DNA from: Spirochaetia bacterium
Lineage (GTDB): Bacteria > Spirochaetota > Spirochaetia > CAKZLE01
Assembly (NCBI GenBank): GCA_021736385.1
Contig: JAIPFY010000003.1
Coordinates: forward strand, 9,828-73,827
Direction of reading: 5' to 3'
Length of the DNA stretch: 64,000 bases
In this document: positions 19,550-29,581 of the stretch, in pieces
How positions within the stretch are numbered: position 1 is the first letter of the stretch
How the letters are laid out: each line of letters begins with the position of its first letter
Program-made: the position numbers and the translations under genes
The notes under the pieces: model-generated
What the model saw: only the letters and a program-made list of their open reading frames with translations
What the model was told of the DNA's origin: nothing
The model's database searches: none

Positions 19550-20777
19550 CTCTTCTCATCAGTTCGATGGTCCGTGCCATCTCGTTCCTTACGATCGTCA
19601 GGCCTTCGTCAAAGCCCATACCCGGTTTGATCAGCATGCGCTCCGGTCGTGTCGCAAGGGCTGCATGAACAGACCGTGCTGCCGATATATCGGTCTCATT
19701 GCAGGTCCCTCCCTGATACGCCTCGATACCATGGGCTTTGCAGTAGAGCACACTTTCGATGGTATTATGGATGCTCCCGAGATCAGGCGTCTTGATCTGC
19801 ACCATATGGCAGGATCTGGCATCGGTGAAGTCTCGGATATCTTCGATGGTGTTGCACCACTCGTCCGCTACGAGCTTCACAGGGGATCCTGCTGCTTTCA
19901 GCGACTCAGTGAGCGCTGTGAGCATCTGTATCTGTTCCGGCTTCCCACCCATATCCACAGGTCCTTCGATATAGAGTTCATGCGTTCCGGCATCCTCCTG
20001 CAGTCCGGCAAGATAGTCGGTCATGGCTGACAGGTCATGATCGAAGATCATCCCGATCGTACCGTAGACATCGATATGGATCACCGGTGAGTACCCGGGG
20101 CGCTGCTGCGCTATTCGATCACGGATCCAGCGGATATACTGCTTGAGCAGCCGGCCGTCTCGACCGAGCTTGGTCTCTATCTCATTGATCAGCCCATGAG
20201 GCAGCACATCCACACCTTTGAGGATCATCTTATCGACAGCGGCATACCGGTCATCACCGCACTGGCCGAACAGCTCGATCGGCTGCGGTATGATCGGCAG
20301 CCGGTATTCACTGCAGATCTGCTGGACCGGCAGCTTGCCGTGAGCGATGGAAACAGCCTCAAGGAGGGCCTGTGAGATACCGTACCGTACAGCGGTATGC
20401 AGTCGTCTCCCGTCGATCATCACCGTATCGATCATGGTTGCCAGCTCGATGAACGATGAGAGTTCTTTTCCGATGAGCAGAGGTGCTACCTCTCTCATGA
20501 TCTCCGGGATAAAGGTCTCAGCGAGGAAGAGCGGGTCCCTGCCTCCGGTACCCGAGTACTGTACCGCAGCACAGTCCCCGACGGCAAAACGACCGTTTTC
20601 CAGCAGCAGTATGATTGACAGCGCCTCGCCGGCCATACGGACTGAGCTGAATCCGGGTGTCCTGACTTCCCCGTCATAGAAGAACCCGTCGTGGGCGATC
20701 CCCTCTTTTATGGCCTTCTGATCGTCAAAATAGAACCCGGAACTTCCCGGGACACAGATCACATCGGTTATTCTCAT
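19533..20777 (-). CDS. mal: methylaspartate ammonia-lyase
   Basis: FYFDDQKAIK, GDCAAVQYSG, LHTAVRYGISQA, DVLPHGLIN, VADEWCNT, QIKTPDLG, GGTCNETD, KPGMGFDEG. Confidence 0.96.
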   Translation of the reverse strand: MRITDVICVPGSSGFYFDDQKAIKEGIAHDGFFYDGEVRTPGFSSVRMAGEALSIILLLENGRFAVGDCAAVQYSGTGGRDPLFLAETFIPEIMREVAPLLIGKELSSFIELATMIDTVMIDGRRLHTAVRYGISQALLEAVSIAHGKLPVQQICSEYRLPIIPQPIELFGQCGDDRYAAVDKMILKGVDVLPHGLINEIETKLGRDGRLLKQYIRWIRDRIAQQRPGYSPVIHIDVYGTIGMIFDHDLSAMTDYLAGLQEDAGTHELYIEGPVDMGGKPEQIQMLTALTESLKAAGSPVKLVADEWCNTIEDIRDFTDARSCHMVQIKTPDLGSIHNTIESVLYCKAHGIEAYQGGTCNETDISAARSVHAALATRPERMLIKPGMGFDEGLTIVRNEMARTIELMRRGEAYA

Positions 20778-22210
20778 GTTGGTCTCCCTACCAGTCTTCC
20801 TTTGCTGATGGCATAGATATCATCGATCACCATCTGAAAGCTTGCTTCTCGTTTCTCCTGCTTCGCACGATGGGCGATCTTATCCCTGTGGTATGCGAGG
20901 ATGTCACTGCTCAACGGCATGCTCCCTGTATCAAAGAGTCGTACCGCCCCGTCGTTATCACGTACCGGCAATACCTTTCCGGCATTGCACACGGCAGGTG
21001 CGAACGGCACATCGATCACCCCGGCTTCAAAGGCTCGCACCGCTCCTGCTGCCAGGTCTCCTGCTCCCAGTTCGATCACTGATCGCATGAGACAGGTCAC
21101 TTCACTGGTGATCAGCTCTTCTTCCTCGCTGATCCGCAGCGTATCAAGGGGAGAGAGGTCAGCTACCATCTGGATGCTCTGCCGTGTCGCAAGCAACCCG
21201 TCCCGGTTCGCCTCTTTCGTGGGTATCCCCAGAGCTTCGTGGGGTGTCTTCACGATCACCTTGGTTGCACCTGATAACGAAGCCACCACCCCTCCCCATG
21301 AGATGACGGCAAAGGCCTGTGCCTCAGATTCAGGGAATCCCCCCATCCATTGATGGAACACCGTCGACAGCTGATAATCGGTATAGCCCATCTGCCTGAA
21401 GTAGCCGTCAGCAAGCTTCTTCAGCACACGCATCGCTGCGATGTCCTGGACCAGATTCCCCGCCTGACCATACCCGAGTGTCAGGGACTTCACTCCCTGT
21501 TCTAGAGCCAGGAGCCCCTCGATGATAGCGACGGTATGGCTCACACAGGGAGGCACCAGTGTCCCCGAGAGCGGTCCGAACGGTTCCCGGTTGATACTGC
21601 AGCCATGGGCTTCGTAGATACCCACCAGATGGTCGACATACTGCCAGTCACGGATGGACTTCTCCAACGGGACGTTCTTTGCGTAGGGGATGTTATAGGA
21701 GATCCCTCCCCCTTCATAGGAGGTGAACCCTCCTGCAAGTGCGATCTCTGTCAACAGCCGTGCATCGGGAGTCCCGTGCCTGATCTCCACCGGTTTATCC
21801 AGCGCCTCTATGATGCTTCGACAGCCGTGTACCCCATGATTGACAGCGGGGAACCCGTTGAGCAGAGAGCGCTGAGCCTGCTCGGAACGCTCGATGCCCT
21901 TCTGTGCATCTGCATACTTGTTCTGTCTGGTATAGGCATCGATGGTGGTAGGCAGCAGATCAGATTCCTCCTGCAGAAAACTCAGCAGACGGATGTGTTC
22001 ATCCACCAGGGCTACCCCGGCCCGCGGCTGGAGGAGGACTACCTGTTGATCAAGAGCTTCCTGCAGCCGTATCGAGCAGACCTTCTTCTTCGGCAGACTC
22101 TGATGGAAGGCAAAGGCCTCTTCCAGGTCCACCTCACTCCCGGTCGGCCATGACTGCAGCACGGTCTTTCGTTCTTCGGTGAACTTCTGTGTATCAAGTC
22201 CAGTATTCAT
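20774..22210 (-). CDS. glmE: glutamate (methylaspartate) mutase, epsilon subunit
   Basis: QPRAGVA, LPTTIDAYTRQN, LLNGFPAVNHG, RHGTPDARLL, GGISYNIPYAK, NREPFGPLSGTLVPP, HQWMGGFP, IVKTPHEA. Confidence 0.97.
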   Translation of the reverse strand: MNTGLDTQKFTEERKTVLQSWPTGSEVDLEEAFAFHQSLPKKKVCSIRLQEALDQQVVLLQPRAGVALVDEHIRLLSFLQEESDLLPTTIDAYTRQNKYADAQKGIERSEQAQRSLLNGFPAVNHGVHGCRSIIEALDKPVEIRHGTPDARLLTEIALAGGFTSYEGGGISYNIPYAKNVPLEKSIRDWQYVDHLVGIYEAHGCSINREPFGPLSGTLVPPCVSHTVAIIEGLLALEQGVKSLTLGYGQAGNLVQDIAAMRVLKKLADGYFRQMGYTDYQLSTVFHQWMGGFPESEAQAFAVISWGGVVASLSGATKVIVKTPHEALGIPTKEANRDGLLATRQSIQMVADLSPLDTLRISEEEELITSEVTCLMRSVIELGAGDLAAGAVRAFEAGVIDVPFAPAVCNAGKVLPVRDNDGAVRLFDTGSMPLSSDILAYHRDKIAHRAKQEKREASFQMVIDDIYAISKGRLVGRPT

Positions 22211-23619
22211 GATGGTTCTCCATGTCGGTCGACTTTCTGTAGTGCGTGCTCGAACAGCAGCTGTCTCACCTGCCCGGGATCAGCGTTCCGTACATGCGCA
22301 AGCAGCGGTACGATATATGATTCATCGTACCAGAGCGATACGGTACGGGGGACCAGTGAGATGGCATGCGGCTCACACAGTCCCTGCTGAAGCAGCTCGG
22401 GAGCCTGTCTGCGGATCGTCCGTACGACCCCGCCGCTGATGACCAGCTCTTTGAGTGATGTGAGATTCTTTCCCTGCTGCATATACTGCAGCCCTTCGGG
22501 GGTATAGATCGGTCTGAGGCTCCCTGCATGCCGGGCGAAGGAGAGAGAGCTGCACAGCGATGCGATCCTTCTCTCATAGACGAGCTCAGCGGCAGTCAGG
22601 GGAATCCGTTCGATGGACCCCGTCACCTCTTCGGCATATGCTCTCAGTCCCTCTGGATCAGGCATACCGAATCGCTGCGCCCATGCTGCTGCCTGCAGGG
22701 CATTCAGCCGCATGCCAAGATCCCCTTCGACACTTCTTGAGATCCTCTGCGGGCTGATACCACGATGGAAGACGGGGATACCTTCATATTGATCAAGGAT
22801 CGGGTCTTTCACCGCGGTGTAGCAGTCTGTCGTAGCCCCTCCGATATCGAGGAGGCCCCAGTCCGCCGAAAGCAGCGGCCCGTCAGAGAGTCTCTCCACG
22901 AGTTCGAAGACACTTCCGGGAGTAGGTGTCGGCAGGCTCTGCAGTACCTCGCAGGCGCGCTGCAGCCCCTTGCCCTGGATGATCTTCTCCATGAAGACTG
23001 TCTTGATGACTTCTCTGACTTCGTGCAGTTCAGGTGCTTCGATCACCGGCATGATATTGTCACAGCAGATCAGTTCGATAGCATTCCGAGCTTCTGAGAT
23101 CAGAGTCTTCACCGCAGGTGCGACATCCCTGTTCCCTGCATAGATCATCACCGTCGGGATCTTCAGATCCGCCAGTGCTCTGGCATTCTCCAGGATATAG
23201 CCCCTGTTCCCCCCGTCAGTACCTCCTGTGAAGAGGATGATGTCAGGTCGCTGGTCTTCGATGTACTGGATATCTTCTCTGCTGATGCGATAGGCTATGC
23301 TGTGGACCAGTTTCGCCCCTGCCGAGAGTGCTGCCTCTTTTGCCAGCCGTTCGGTGAAGGAGGGTACGAGTCCTATGGAGATGATACTCAAGCCCCCATG
23401 AGCCGATGATGAGAAGCCGATGTTCGGATCCTGTGTCACGGCTGCAGCCCGCAGCCGCTGATAGATCGAGATGCAGGCATCGGAGACGTCTTCGCGTACG
23501 GTGGGTTGCTCGAACCGTTCGATCAGCTCAAGATGGCGATCCTCATGTTCAAGGAACAGGGCTCCTTTGGTCCATGTAGATCCGATATCGATCCCTATAT
23601 GCTCTGTGTACGGCATCAT
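22207..23619 (-). CDS. glmL: glutamate mutase L (GlmL/MutL-type reactivating factor)
   Basis: IDIGSTWTK, SSSAHGGL, AALSAGA, LFTGGTDGG, PTPTP, DIGGATTD, RSVEGDLGMR; lies between the S and E subunits. Confidence 0.92.
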   Translation of the reverse strand: MMPYTEHIGIDIGSTWTKGALFLEHEDRHLELIERFEQPTVREDVSDACISIYQRLRAAAVTQDPNIGFSSSAHGGLSIISIGLVPSFTERLAKEAALSAGAKLVHSIAYRISREDIQYIEDQRPDIILFTGGTDGGNRGYILENARALADLKIPTVMIYAGNRDVAPAVKTLISEARNAIELICCDNIMPVIEAPELHEVREVIKTVFMEKIIQGKGLQRACEVLQSLPTPTPGSVFELVERLSDGPLLSADWGLLDIGGATTDCYTAVKDPILDQYEGIPVFHRGISPQRISRSVEGDLGMRLNALQAAAWAQRFGMPDPEGLRAYAEEVTGSIERIPLTAAELVYERRIASLCSSLSFARHAGSLRPIYTPEGLQYMQQGKNLTSLKELVISGGVVRTIRRQAPELLQQGLCEPHAISLVPRTVSLWYDESYIVPLLAHVRNADPGQVRQLLFEHALQKVDRHGEPS

Positions 23620-23629
23620 GTTCTCTCTT

Positions 23630-24082
23630 TCAACCTGCCCTGTGGCGTTTCCCGTTCCTGCTGGCCATGATATCATCACGCAGCAGCTGAGCCTGATCTG
23701 TCAGTTCATTGTGGGAACCTGAGAACACGCGATCGAAGCCCATGTCGAGGAACTTCTGTTCCACTGCTGTCTGATCGGTCTTTCCCACGACCAGATTCCC
23801 TCCCAGATAGAGCACCACGTGATCGAGCCCCCGCTCCAGACAACGGTCCCTGAATCCTTCACAGTCTATCTCAGCATGTCCGTAGAGGGAGGAGACCAGG
23901 ATGGCTTCCGCTCCTGTCTCTATGGCTGCATCGATGAACTCATCCTGACTTACCATGACCCCAAGATTCGTCACAGAGAATCCCTCTGCACTGAAATATC
24001 GTTCCAGGATCTTGTTCCCGACAGCGTGACAGTCCGATCCGATCACCCCGAGCACCACATTGATCTGTTCCATAGTATCCAT
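23630..24082 (-). CDS. mamA: glutamate mutase sigma subunit, B12-binding (GlmS/MutS/MamA)
   Basis: VLGVIGSDCHAVGNKI (DxHxxG), VSSLYGH, LYLGGNLVVG. Confidence 0.96.
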   Translation of the reverse strand: MDTMEQINVVLGVIGSDCHAVGNKILERYFSAEGFSVTNLGVMVSQDEFIDAAIETGAEAILVSSLYGHAEIDCEGFRDRCLERGLDHVVLYLGGNLVVGKTDQTAVEQKFLDMGFDRVFSGSHNELTDQAQLLRDDIMASRNGKRHRAG

Positions 24083-24085
24083 TTC

Positions 24086-25072
24086 CTATCTTCCTGCTTC
24101 CATGAGTCGTGATATCTGCTGTTCGATATAGATCAGAGATCCCCGTTCCATCTGATAGACGAAGTTGATGATCGATCCGCCCCCGCGAGTATACTCCTCG
24201 AGTTCGTTCGCATACGCTGACAGATGTGCAGCTCCATCGGGAGGGATGATGATGATATCCTTATCACTGAGGAACTCGCCGATCCTGGCTGCCTTCTGAT
24301 AGGTAAGTGTCCGTATCTTCCCGCTGAAGATCCCCAGAGACCGCAGCCTCTGACGTATGATACGTTCGAATATCCTGCTTTCGCAGATGATGCCCACTCG
24401 GCTCTGCTCTCTGATCGAGGCAAGGTCGATGATCGTCTGGTAGTTCGGAGCCACAGCAGCCTGAAAGATCTTCTCACGGCTTTCCGGCAGCAGCCCGGTC
24501 AGTTCTGCATAATGGGTCGTTGTCGTCAGGATCAGGTCATAGACCTTCAAGGACTCTGCAGCGTGAGGGTCATTGACGATATCGTCAAGCAGATAGTCGT
24601 GGATGGTGATCTTCGAGATGTAGCTCAGCTGCCGATGAAAGATCTCAAGCGATTCAGGGTTGCAGTCCACCGTAGCGATGGAGAGATTGAGCTGTCTGCT
24701 CTTTCGCTCCATCATGATGATCTGCATGAGGTTCTGTATCTCCCGATCTTCGAATCGCAGTCTCGTCAGCTGGTCCAGGACCTCTTCTATGAGGGCTACC
24801 GCCTGTTCCTTCCTTCCCTCTGACTGGATCTCATGTTCAGAGGAGACAAAGCTTCCCCGTCCCTGGGTGATCTCTATCACCTTGTTGCTCGCCAGCTCCA
24901 TATAGGCTTTCTTAATCGTCCCGCGTGCTATGCCCAGGGAGTCAGCCAGGGCGCGTTCTGCAGGGAGCTTATCGCCAGGATTCAGTATACCATCCTGTAC
25001 CATTTTTGTTATCTGCATGGTAATCTGTCGGTAAATCGGCGTGCTCTGTTCTTTATCGATATACAGGTCCAT
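24086..25072 (-). CDS. GntR family transcriptional regulator (YtrA-like HTH, long C-terminal effector domain)
   Basis: PIYRQI...LNPGDKLPAERALADSLGIARGTIKKAY...QGRGSFVS. Confidence 0.92.
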   Translation of the reverse strand: MDLYIDKEQSTPIYRQITMQITKMVQDGILNPGDKLPAERALADSLGIARGTIKKAYMELASNKVIEITQGRGSFVSSEHEIQSEGRKEQAVALIEEVLDQLTRLRFEDREIQNLMQIIMMERKSRQLNLSIATVDCNPESLEIFHRQLSYISKITIHDYLLDDIVNDPHAAESLKVYDLILTTTTHYAELTGLLPESREKIFQAAVAPNYQTIIDLASIREQSRVGIICESRIFERIIRQRLRSLGIFSGKIRTLTYQKAARIGEFLSDKDIIIIPPDGAAHLSAYANELEEYTRGGGSIINFVYQMERGSLIYIEQQISRLMEAGR

Positions 25073-25093
25073 ATCATTCTACCTTTCCATCAC

Positions 25094-25137
25094 ATTGGTA
25101 TAGTCCATTATGTACCACTAATGGGTTGATCTGTCAA
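25094..25137 (-). promoter_or_regulatory. promoter of gntR-glm operon with overlapping inverted repeat (candidate GntR operator)
   Basis: Minus strand TTGACA (25137-25132) followed by TACATAAT; TGGTA-N12-TACCA inverted repeat (25096-25117) covers the -10 region. Confidence 0.55.
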
Positions 25138-25229
25138 GTTTTTTTACTTTTTTTATTCCTGCGGTGTGGCTTTTTTCTTCTGAGTGTTTATACTCTTCTA
25201 GTAAGCTATCATCAACAAAGGGGATCATT

Positions 25230-26699
25230 ATGGATAAGAACACAGAAAAGACGACCAAAGACGACCAGGTCATGTACTATTTCAGGGAGATATCCAAGAT
25301 ACCCCGTGAGTCAGGCAATGAAGCGGCCATACGCCAGTATCTGATCGATTTCGCCACAGCACACAGTCTATGGCATGTGGTCGATCAGGCAGGTAATGTG
25401 ATCATACGAAAGGAGGGGTCTCCAGGGAAGGAGAAGATCGCACCGATCGCTCTTCAGGGTCATATGGATATGGTCTGTGTCAAAGATGAAGGATATGAAC
25501 ATGATTTTACCAGAGATCCCCTGCAGCTGCAGATAGACGGTGACTACCTCACAGCAAAGGGGACGACTCTGGGAGCTGATAACGGTATTGCCATCGCGAT
25601 GGTACTGGCTCTCTTCTCTGATGCCGAAGCGGTACATGGTCCACTGGAGGGGGTGTTCACCGTCTCCGAGGAGACCGGACTCGGCGGCGCGACGGATCTG
25701 GAGATACAGTACATCCAGAGCAGGAGACTGATCAATCTCGACTCTGAAGAGGAAGGGATCTTCTATATCGGTTGTGCAGGCGGGGGAGAGGTCTCAGGGA
25801 CCCTTACTCCGGCACTCACCATGCCATCAGAGGATGAACAGGCATGGAGACTGACCCTCTCCGGGTTCACCGGTGGTCATTCGGGTGCTGAGATCCATAC
25901 GGGAAGGGGGAATGCGATACTTTGTGGAGTGCGAATGCTCAAACGTCTGGACCGCACCTTCCCGATCGCCCTCGCTTCCATGTCCGGAGGAAGTAAACAC
26001 AACGTGATCCCAAGCACGTTCTCCTGCACCTTCACCGTCCCGAAGGAGGCTGACGCTACGGTAGAGGCTCTGGTTGAGGAGATGCAGCAGGCTCTTCACG
26101 ATGAACTGGCAGTCCAGGACCCGCACGCAGCTATCAGTGCAGTGAAGACCGAACTTCCCGGACAGGTCCTGACCAGAGAGCAGTCTGCCTCCATCATTGA
26201 TGCATTGTATCTGACCCCGCATGGTGTGATCTCGATGAGCAGCAGGCTCGATGGCCTGGTAGAGACATCCAACAATCTGGCTATCGTCCGCCTTGACCAG
26301 AATTCCTGCACCTTCATCGCAAGCCAGAGATCATCGATCGCCTCTGCCCGTGATGAGATAGAGGAACGAACCTGTACCGCCTTCGAACTCTCTGGGGCCC
26401 TGACCAGCAGGGAGAACAAGTATCCTGCCTGGACACCGAATCCTTCCTCGCCTCTGGCAGAGGTCTGTGCAGAGTTCTACAGACGACATACGGGTAAGGA
26501 ACCGGTAGTCACAGCAATCCATGCAGGGCTTGAATGCGGGATGATCAACAGCAAGGCTGCTGATATGGATTCCATCTCCTTCGGCCCTGATCTGTCCGGT
26601 GTCCACTCGACCGATGAACGCATGAGTATCTCTTCTGCTGCCCGTGTCTATGAGTATCTTCTTGCTCTGCTTGAAGACCTTTCCCGCAGGGCTGACTGA
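25230..26699 (+). CDS. pepD: aminoacyl-histidine dipeptidase (M20C)
   Basis: IPRESGNE, LQGHMDMV, TTLGADNGI, VSEETGL, NLDSEEEG, HAGLECG, SFGPD...VHSTDER. Confidence 0.93.
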   Translation: MDKNTEKTTKDDQVMYYFREISKIPRESGNEAAIRQYLIDFATAHSLWHVVDQAGNVIIRKEGSPGKEKIAPIALQGHMDMVCVKDEGYEHDFTRDPLQLQIDGDYLTAKGTTLGADNGIAIAMVLALFSDAEAVHGPLEGVFTVSEETGLGGATDLEIQYIQSRRLINLDSEEEGIFYIGCAGGGEVSGTLTPALTMPSEDEQAWRLTLSGFTGGHSGAEIHTGRGNAILCGVRMLKRLDRTFPIALASMSGGSKHNVIPSTFSCTFTVPKEADATVEALVEEMQQALHDELAVQDPHAAISAVKTELPGQVLTREQSASIIDALYLTPHGVISMSSRLDGLVETSNNLAIVRLDQNSCTFIASQRSSIASARDEIEERTCTAFELSGALTSRENKYPAWTPNPSSPLAEVCAEFYRRHTGKEPVVTAIHAGLECGMINSKAADMDSISFGPDLSGVHSTDERMSISSAARVYEYLLALLEDLSRRAD

Positions 26700-26700
26700 T

Positions 26701-27471
26701 ATGAACACAGGGCCGGTCATCGGTATCATGGGCAATCGCATCCCGAACGAATCCCGACTGTTCTACGGGATGGAACGGGATTATGTGAATCATGATTATG
26801 TGGAGGCGGTCGAGCGATGTGGGGGGATCCCCTTCATCATTCCCATCTGTGACTCCCCTGAGACGATGATCCGCCTGGTATCACATACCGATGGGGTGCT
26901 GCTCTCAGGGGGGTATGATCTGCACCCGCATACCTACCGGGAGGAGGCTCACCCCCTTCTGGGGTATACCGATCAGCACATCGACACGGTACAGATAGCC
27001 TGTGTGCAGGAGATCATAGCACGGAAGATACCCGTCCTTGGCATCTGCAGGGGACTGCAGGTGCTGAACACCGCGCTTGGAGGGTCTCTCTATCAGGATA
27101 CCAGTCTCATCGAGGGATCGACGTTCAAACATATGCAGCAGGCGAAGCGGGGAGAGACCTCCCATCCTGTGGAGATCGTGCCTCACAGCCGTCTTCAGGA
27201 GCTCTTCGGCAGCCGGGTGATGGTCAACAGCTTCCATCATCAGTGCATCCACAGACTCGGGAATGGACTCAGGATCACAGCACGGGCACCTGACGGAGTC
27301 CCTGAAGCGATCGAACTGATCGACCCCAACTATTTTGCCGTCGGGGTACAGTGGCACCCTGAGATGATGCATGCAGTCTCTGCATCGATGAAACCGCTGT
27401 TTCAGGCCTTTCTTGATGCAGCATCTCAGAGCCCTACTTCCAGGCTTTCACCTGTCGAGCCAGTTCTTTAG
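26701..27471 (+). CDS. gamma-glutamyl-gamma-aminobutyrate hydrolase-like, peptidase C26 (class I glutamine amidotransferase)
   Basis: GVLLSGGYD, LGICRGLQVLN, VNSFHHQ, GVQWHPE (Cys-His-Glu triad). Confidence 0.92.
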   Translation: MNTGPVIGIMGNRIPNESRLFYGMERDYVNHDYVEAVERCGGIPFIIPICDSPETMIRLVSHTDGVLLSGGYDLHPHTYREEAHPLLGYTDQHIDTVQIACVQEIIARKIPVLGICRGLQVLNTALGGSLYQDTSLIEGSTFKHMQQAKRGETSHPVEIVPHSRLQELFGSRVMVNSFHHQCIHRLGNGLRITARAPDGVPEAIELIDPNYFAVGVQWHPEMMHAVSASMKPLFQAFLDAASQSPTSRLSPVEPVL

Positions 27472-28648
27472 CCATCTCATAGGCCTGCTCTTTATCCTCC
27501 TGAGAGGGAGCACCCTGATACTCTACAGCGCCGATGCAGTCCCACTTCATGGCACTAAGGAACTCATCGTACTGTTTCTTGGCCCCTCCAGACCACCCAT
27601 AAGACCCGAATCTCATAGTCTTACGGTTCAGGAGGTGACTTCGTTCGAAGATATCGAGAACCGCATACATGGGGGGGAACATCTTGTACTCATAGGTAGG
27701 GGTACCGACGATGATGCCCGAAGACCGCCAGGCTGAAGCCAGAACGAATGAGACGTGCTCCTGGGGGACTCTATGTACATGGACCGGGATCCCTTCAGAG
27801 GCGACCCCCGCAATGACATGTTCGAGCAGTTGTTCGGTATTACCGTACATGCTGCTCCAGACGATGGTCACTTCCTGCTCTGCAGGTCCAATCTTGTATG
27901 AGGCCAGCTTCTGATAATGATCGATGATCTTCTTCGGGTCTTTTCTCCAGATCACCCCATGACTGGGTGCGATCATCCTGATCTCCAGAGAGCTGAGTTT
28001 CCTGATCCCCTTCTCCACGAATCCGGAAAACGTCGACACGATATTCGCATAGTACCGTTCAGTCTCACGTGCAAAGAACTCGTGTTCTTCTTCGGTGAGC
28101 TGATCATCGAAGAGGTGTTCGCCTACCTGTCCGAAGGCTCCGAAGCCATCGCAGGAGAACAGGGTCCCAGAGGCAGGTTCATACGTCATCATGGTCTCAG
28201 GCCAGTGGATGTTCGGAGTGTCTTCAAACTGAAGGGTGATCCCGCCAAGATCCAGGGTATCACCGGAACCGACGGCTCTCACACCCTCTTCGATCCCATA
28301 GAACGCAGCTACCAGCGGCACCGCCTTCTTGGTGCAGAGGATCTCCATCTCAGGATTCTTCTTCCGCATCTCCGCAAGCCACCCGGTATGGTCCGGTTCC
28401 ATGTGGTTGATGATCAGGTAATCGATGTCGCTGACAGTGACACCGATCGATGCCATCTGTTCGGTGATACTGTCCACTGCATGTTCCCAGTCCTTCACCA
28501 GATCGATCAGTGCGATCTTCTCGCCTCTGACCACATAGGAATTGAGGGAGACCCCATGCGGGATCGGCCAGATTCCCTCGAACAGATCTCGACTACCAAT
28601 ATTCGCACGGACACAATAGATCTTCGGAGCCACTTCTACCGCTTTCAT
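27434..28648 (-). CDS. fprA: flavodiiron protein (FprA/A-type flavoprotein)
   Basis: NHMEPDH, HWPETM, SCDGFG, APSHG, flavodoxin part WSSMYGNT and FGSYGWSGG. Confidence 0.95.
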   Translation of the reverse strand: MKAVEVAPKIYCVRANIGSRDLFEGIWPIPHGVSLNSYVVRGEKIALIDLVKDWEHAVDSITEQMASIGVTVSDIDYLIINHMEPDHTGWLAEMRKKNPEMEILCTKKAVPLVAAFYGIEEGVRAVGSGDTLDLGGITLQFEDTPNIHWPETMMTYEPASGTLFSCDGFGAFGQVGEHLFDDQLTEEEHEFFARETERYYANIVSTFSGFVEKGIRKLSSLEIRMIAPSHGVIWRKDPKKIIDHYQKLASYKIGPAEQEVTIVWSSMYGNTEQLLEHVIAGVASEGIPVHVHRVPQEHVSFVLASAWRSSGIIVGTPTYEYKMFPPMYAVLDIFERSHLLNRKTMRFGSYGWSGGAKKQYDEFLSAMKWDCIGAVEYQGAPSQEDKEQAYEMAKELARQVKAWK

Positions 28649-28804
28649 ATCTTCTCCTACGCATCAATACCCGACGCATTCATGCACCGGTACTTCATGC
28701 AGTATGTTCTTTGCTTCGTTCCTGTCTGATTCACCTGTATACCTACTATAATACTGAATAGGTATCAATACAACAACCGTCAGGAGGATCTTCTGTCGCT
28801 TCTG

Positions 28805-29581
28805 CTACAGCACCCAGAGCCCGGCCTGCAGTCGCATGGCTACATGCAGTCTCTGATGCCCCGGCAGGTATTGTTCTACATTCTGGTAGAACGCTTTGCC
28901 GTGATTGAACTCGACCCGATGACACAGTTCATGGACGATGACATAGTCGATGAGCTCAGGCGGAGCACAGATCAGGGTGGTATTGAAGGTCAGACGTCCC
29001 TGCTTATCACAGCTCCCCCATCTTCTCTTCATCAGGCGAAGGGTGATCTCTCCACTCGCCTCTCCGACTCCTGCATCAAGTTCAGGATACCGTGAACACC
29101 AGTACGCTACCCGCTCGGTCAATTCCTGCTTCGCTTCAGCCTTGTACCACTGCACCAGCTTCCTTCGGTAATAGGCCTTTCGCTGGGACTCATCAGCATA
29201 TACGGTACCGGTTCTCGTCTGTACCGTTATCGTCGAATCAGATACTGTCACGGAAGGATGACCACCCTCTGTGATGATCAGCTTCCGAGGTGTCCCATGG
29301 AGATAGAAGAGATCCCCTGTCTCATAGGTATGTACGAGGGGGGCAGCATAGTCCTTATACCGTTCCCGGGTCTTCCGAATCCAGTCGGTACGGGATCTGA
29401 CCACACGTTCGATCTCAGCCATGGTGCACCGTACCGGTGCAGAGACTTCAACATGCCCCTGTGATGATACCCGTATGGAGATCGTCTTTCTCTTACTGCT
29501 TTTCTTAAGCGTATACTGTACTTTTTTTTCCAAATTCACTACTATCCTGTCTATGAAAGCTATGAAACTGCATTTGTTCAC
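28805..29581 (-). CDS. M48/SprT-like metallopeptidase family protein (YgjP/DUF45)
   Basis: RWGSC...LIDYVIVHELCHRVEFNHGKAFY. Start probably about 50 bp downstream of the ORF-track start. Confidence 0.88.
   Translation of the reverse strand: MNKCSFIAFIDRIVVNLEKKVQYTLKKSSKRKTISIRVSSQGHVEVSAPVRCTMAEIERVVRSRTDWIRKTRERYKDYAAPLVHTYETGDLFYLHGTPRKLIITEGGHPSVTVSDSTITVQTRTGTVYADESQRKAYYRRKLVQWYKAEAKQELTERVAYWCSRYPELDAGVGEASGEITLRLMKRRWGSCDKQGRLTFNTTLICAPPELIDYVIVHELCHRVEFNHGKAFYQNVEQYLPGHQRLHVAMRLQAGLWVL

Noticed and set aside
25073-25229. Possible cobalamin riboswitch before the B12-dependent operon
   Set aside because: The region is too short and AT-rich, lacks a B12-box, and is explained by divergent promoters.
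27434-27471. Convergent 3' overlaps (C26/fprA 38 bp; traB/radA 15 bp; SLBB/rsmE 37 bp)
   Set aside because: Short tail-to-tail overlaps are common in compact genomes and give no sign of a dedicated antisense system.
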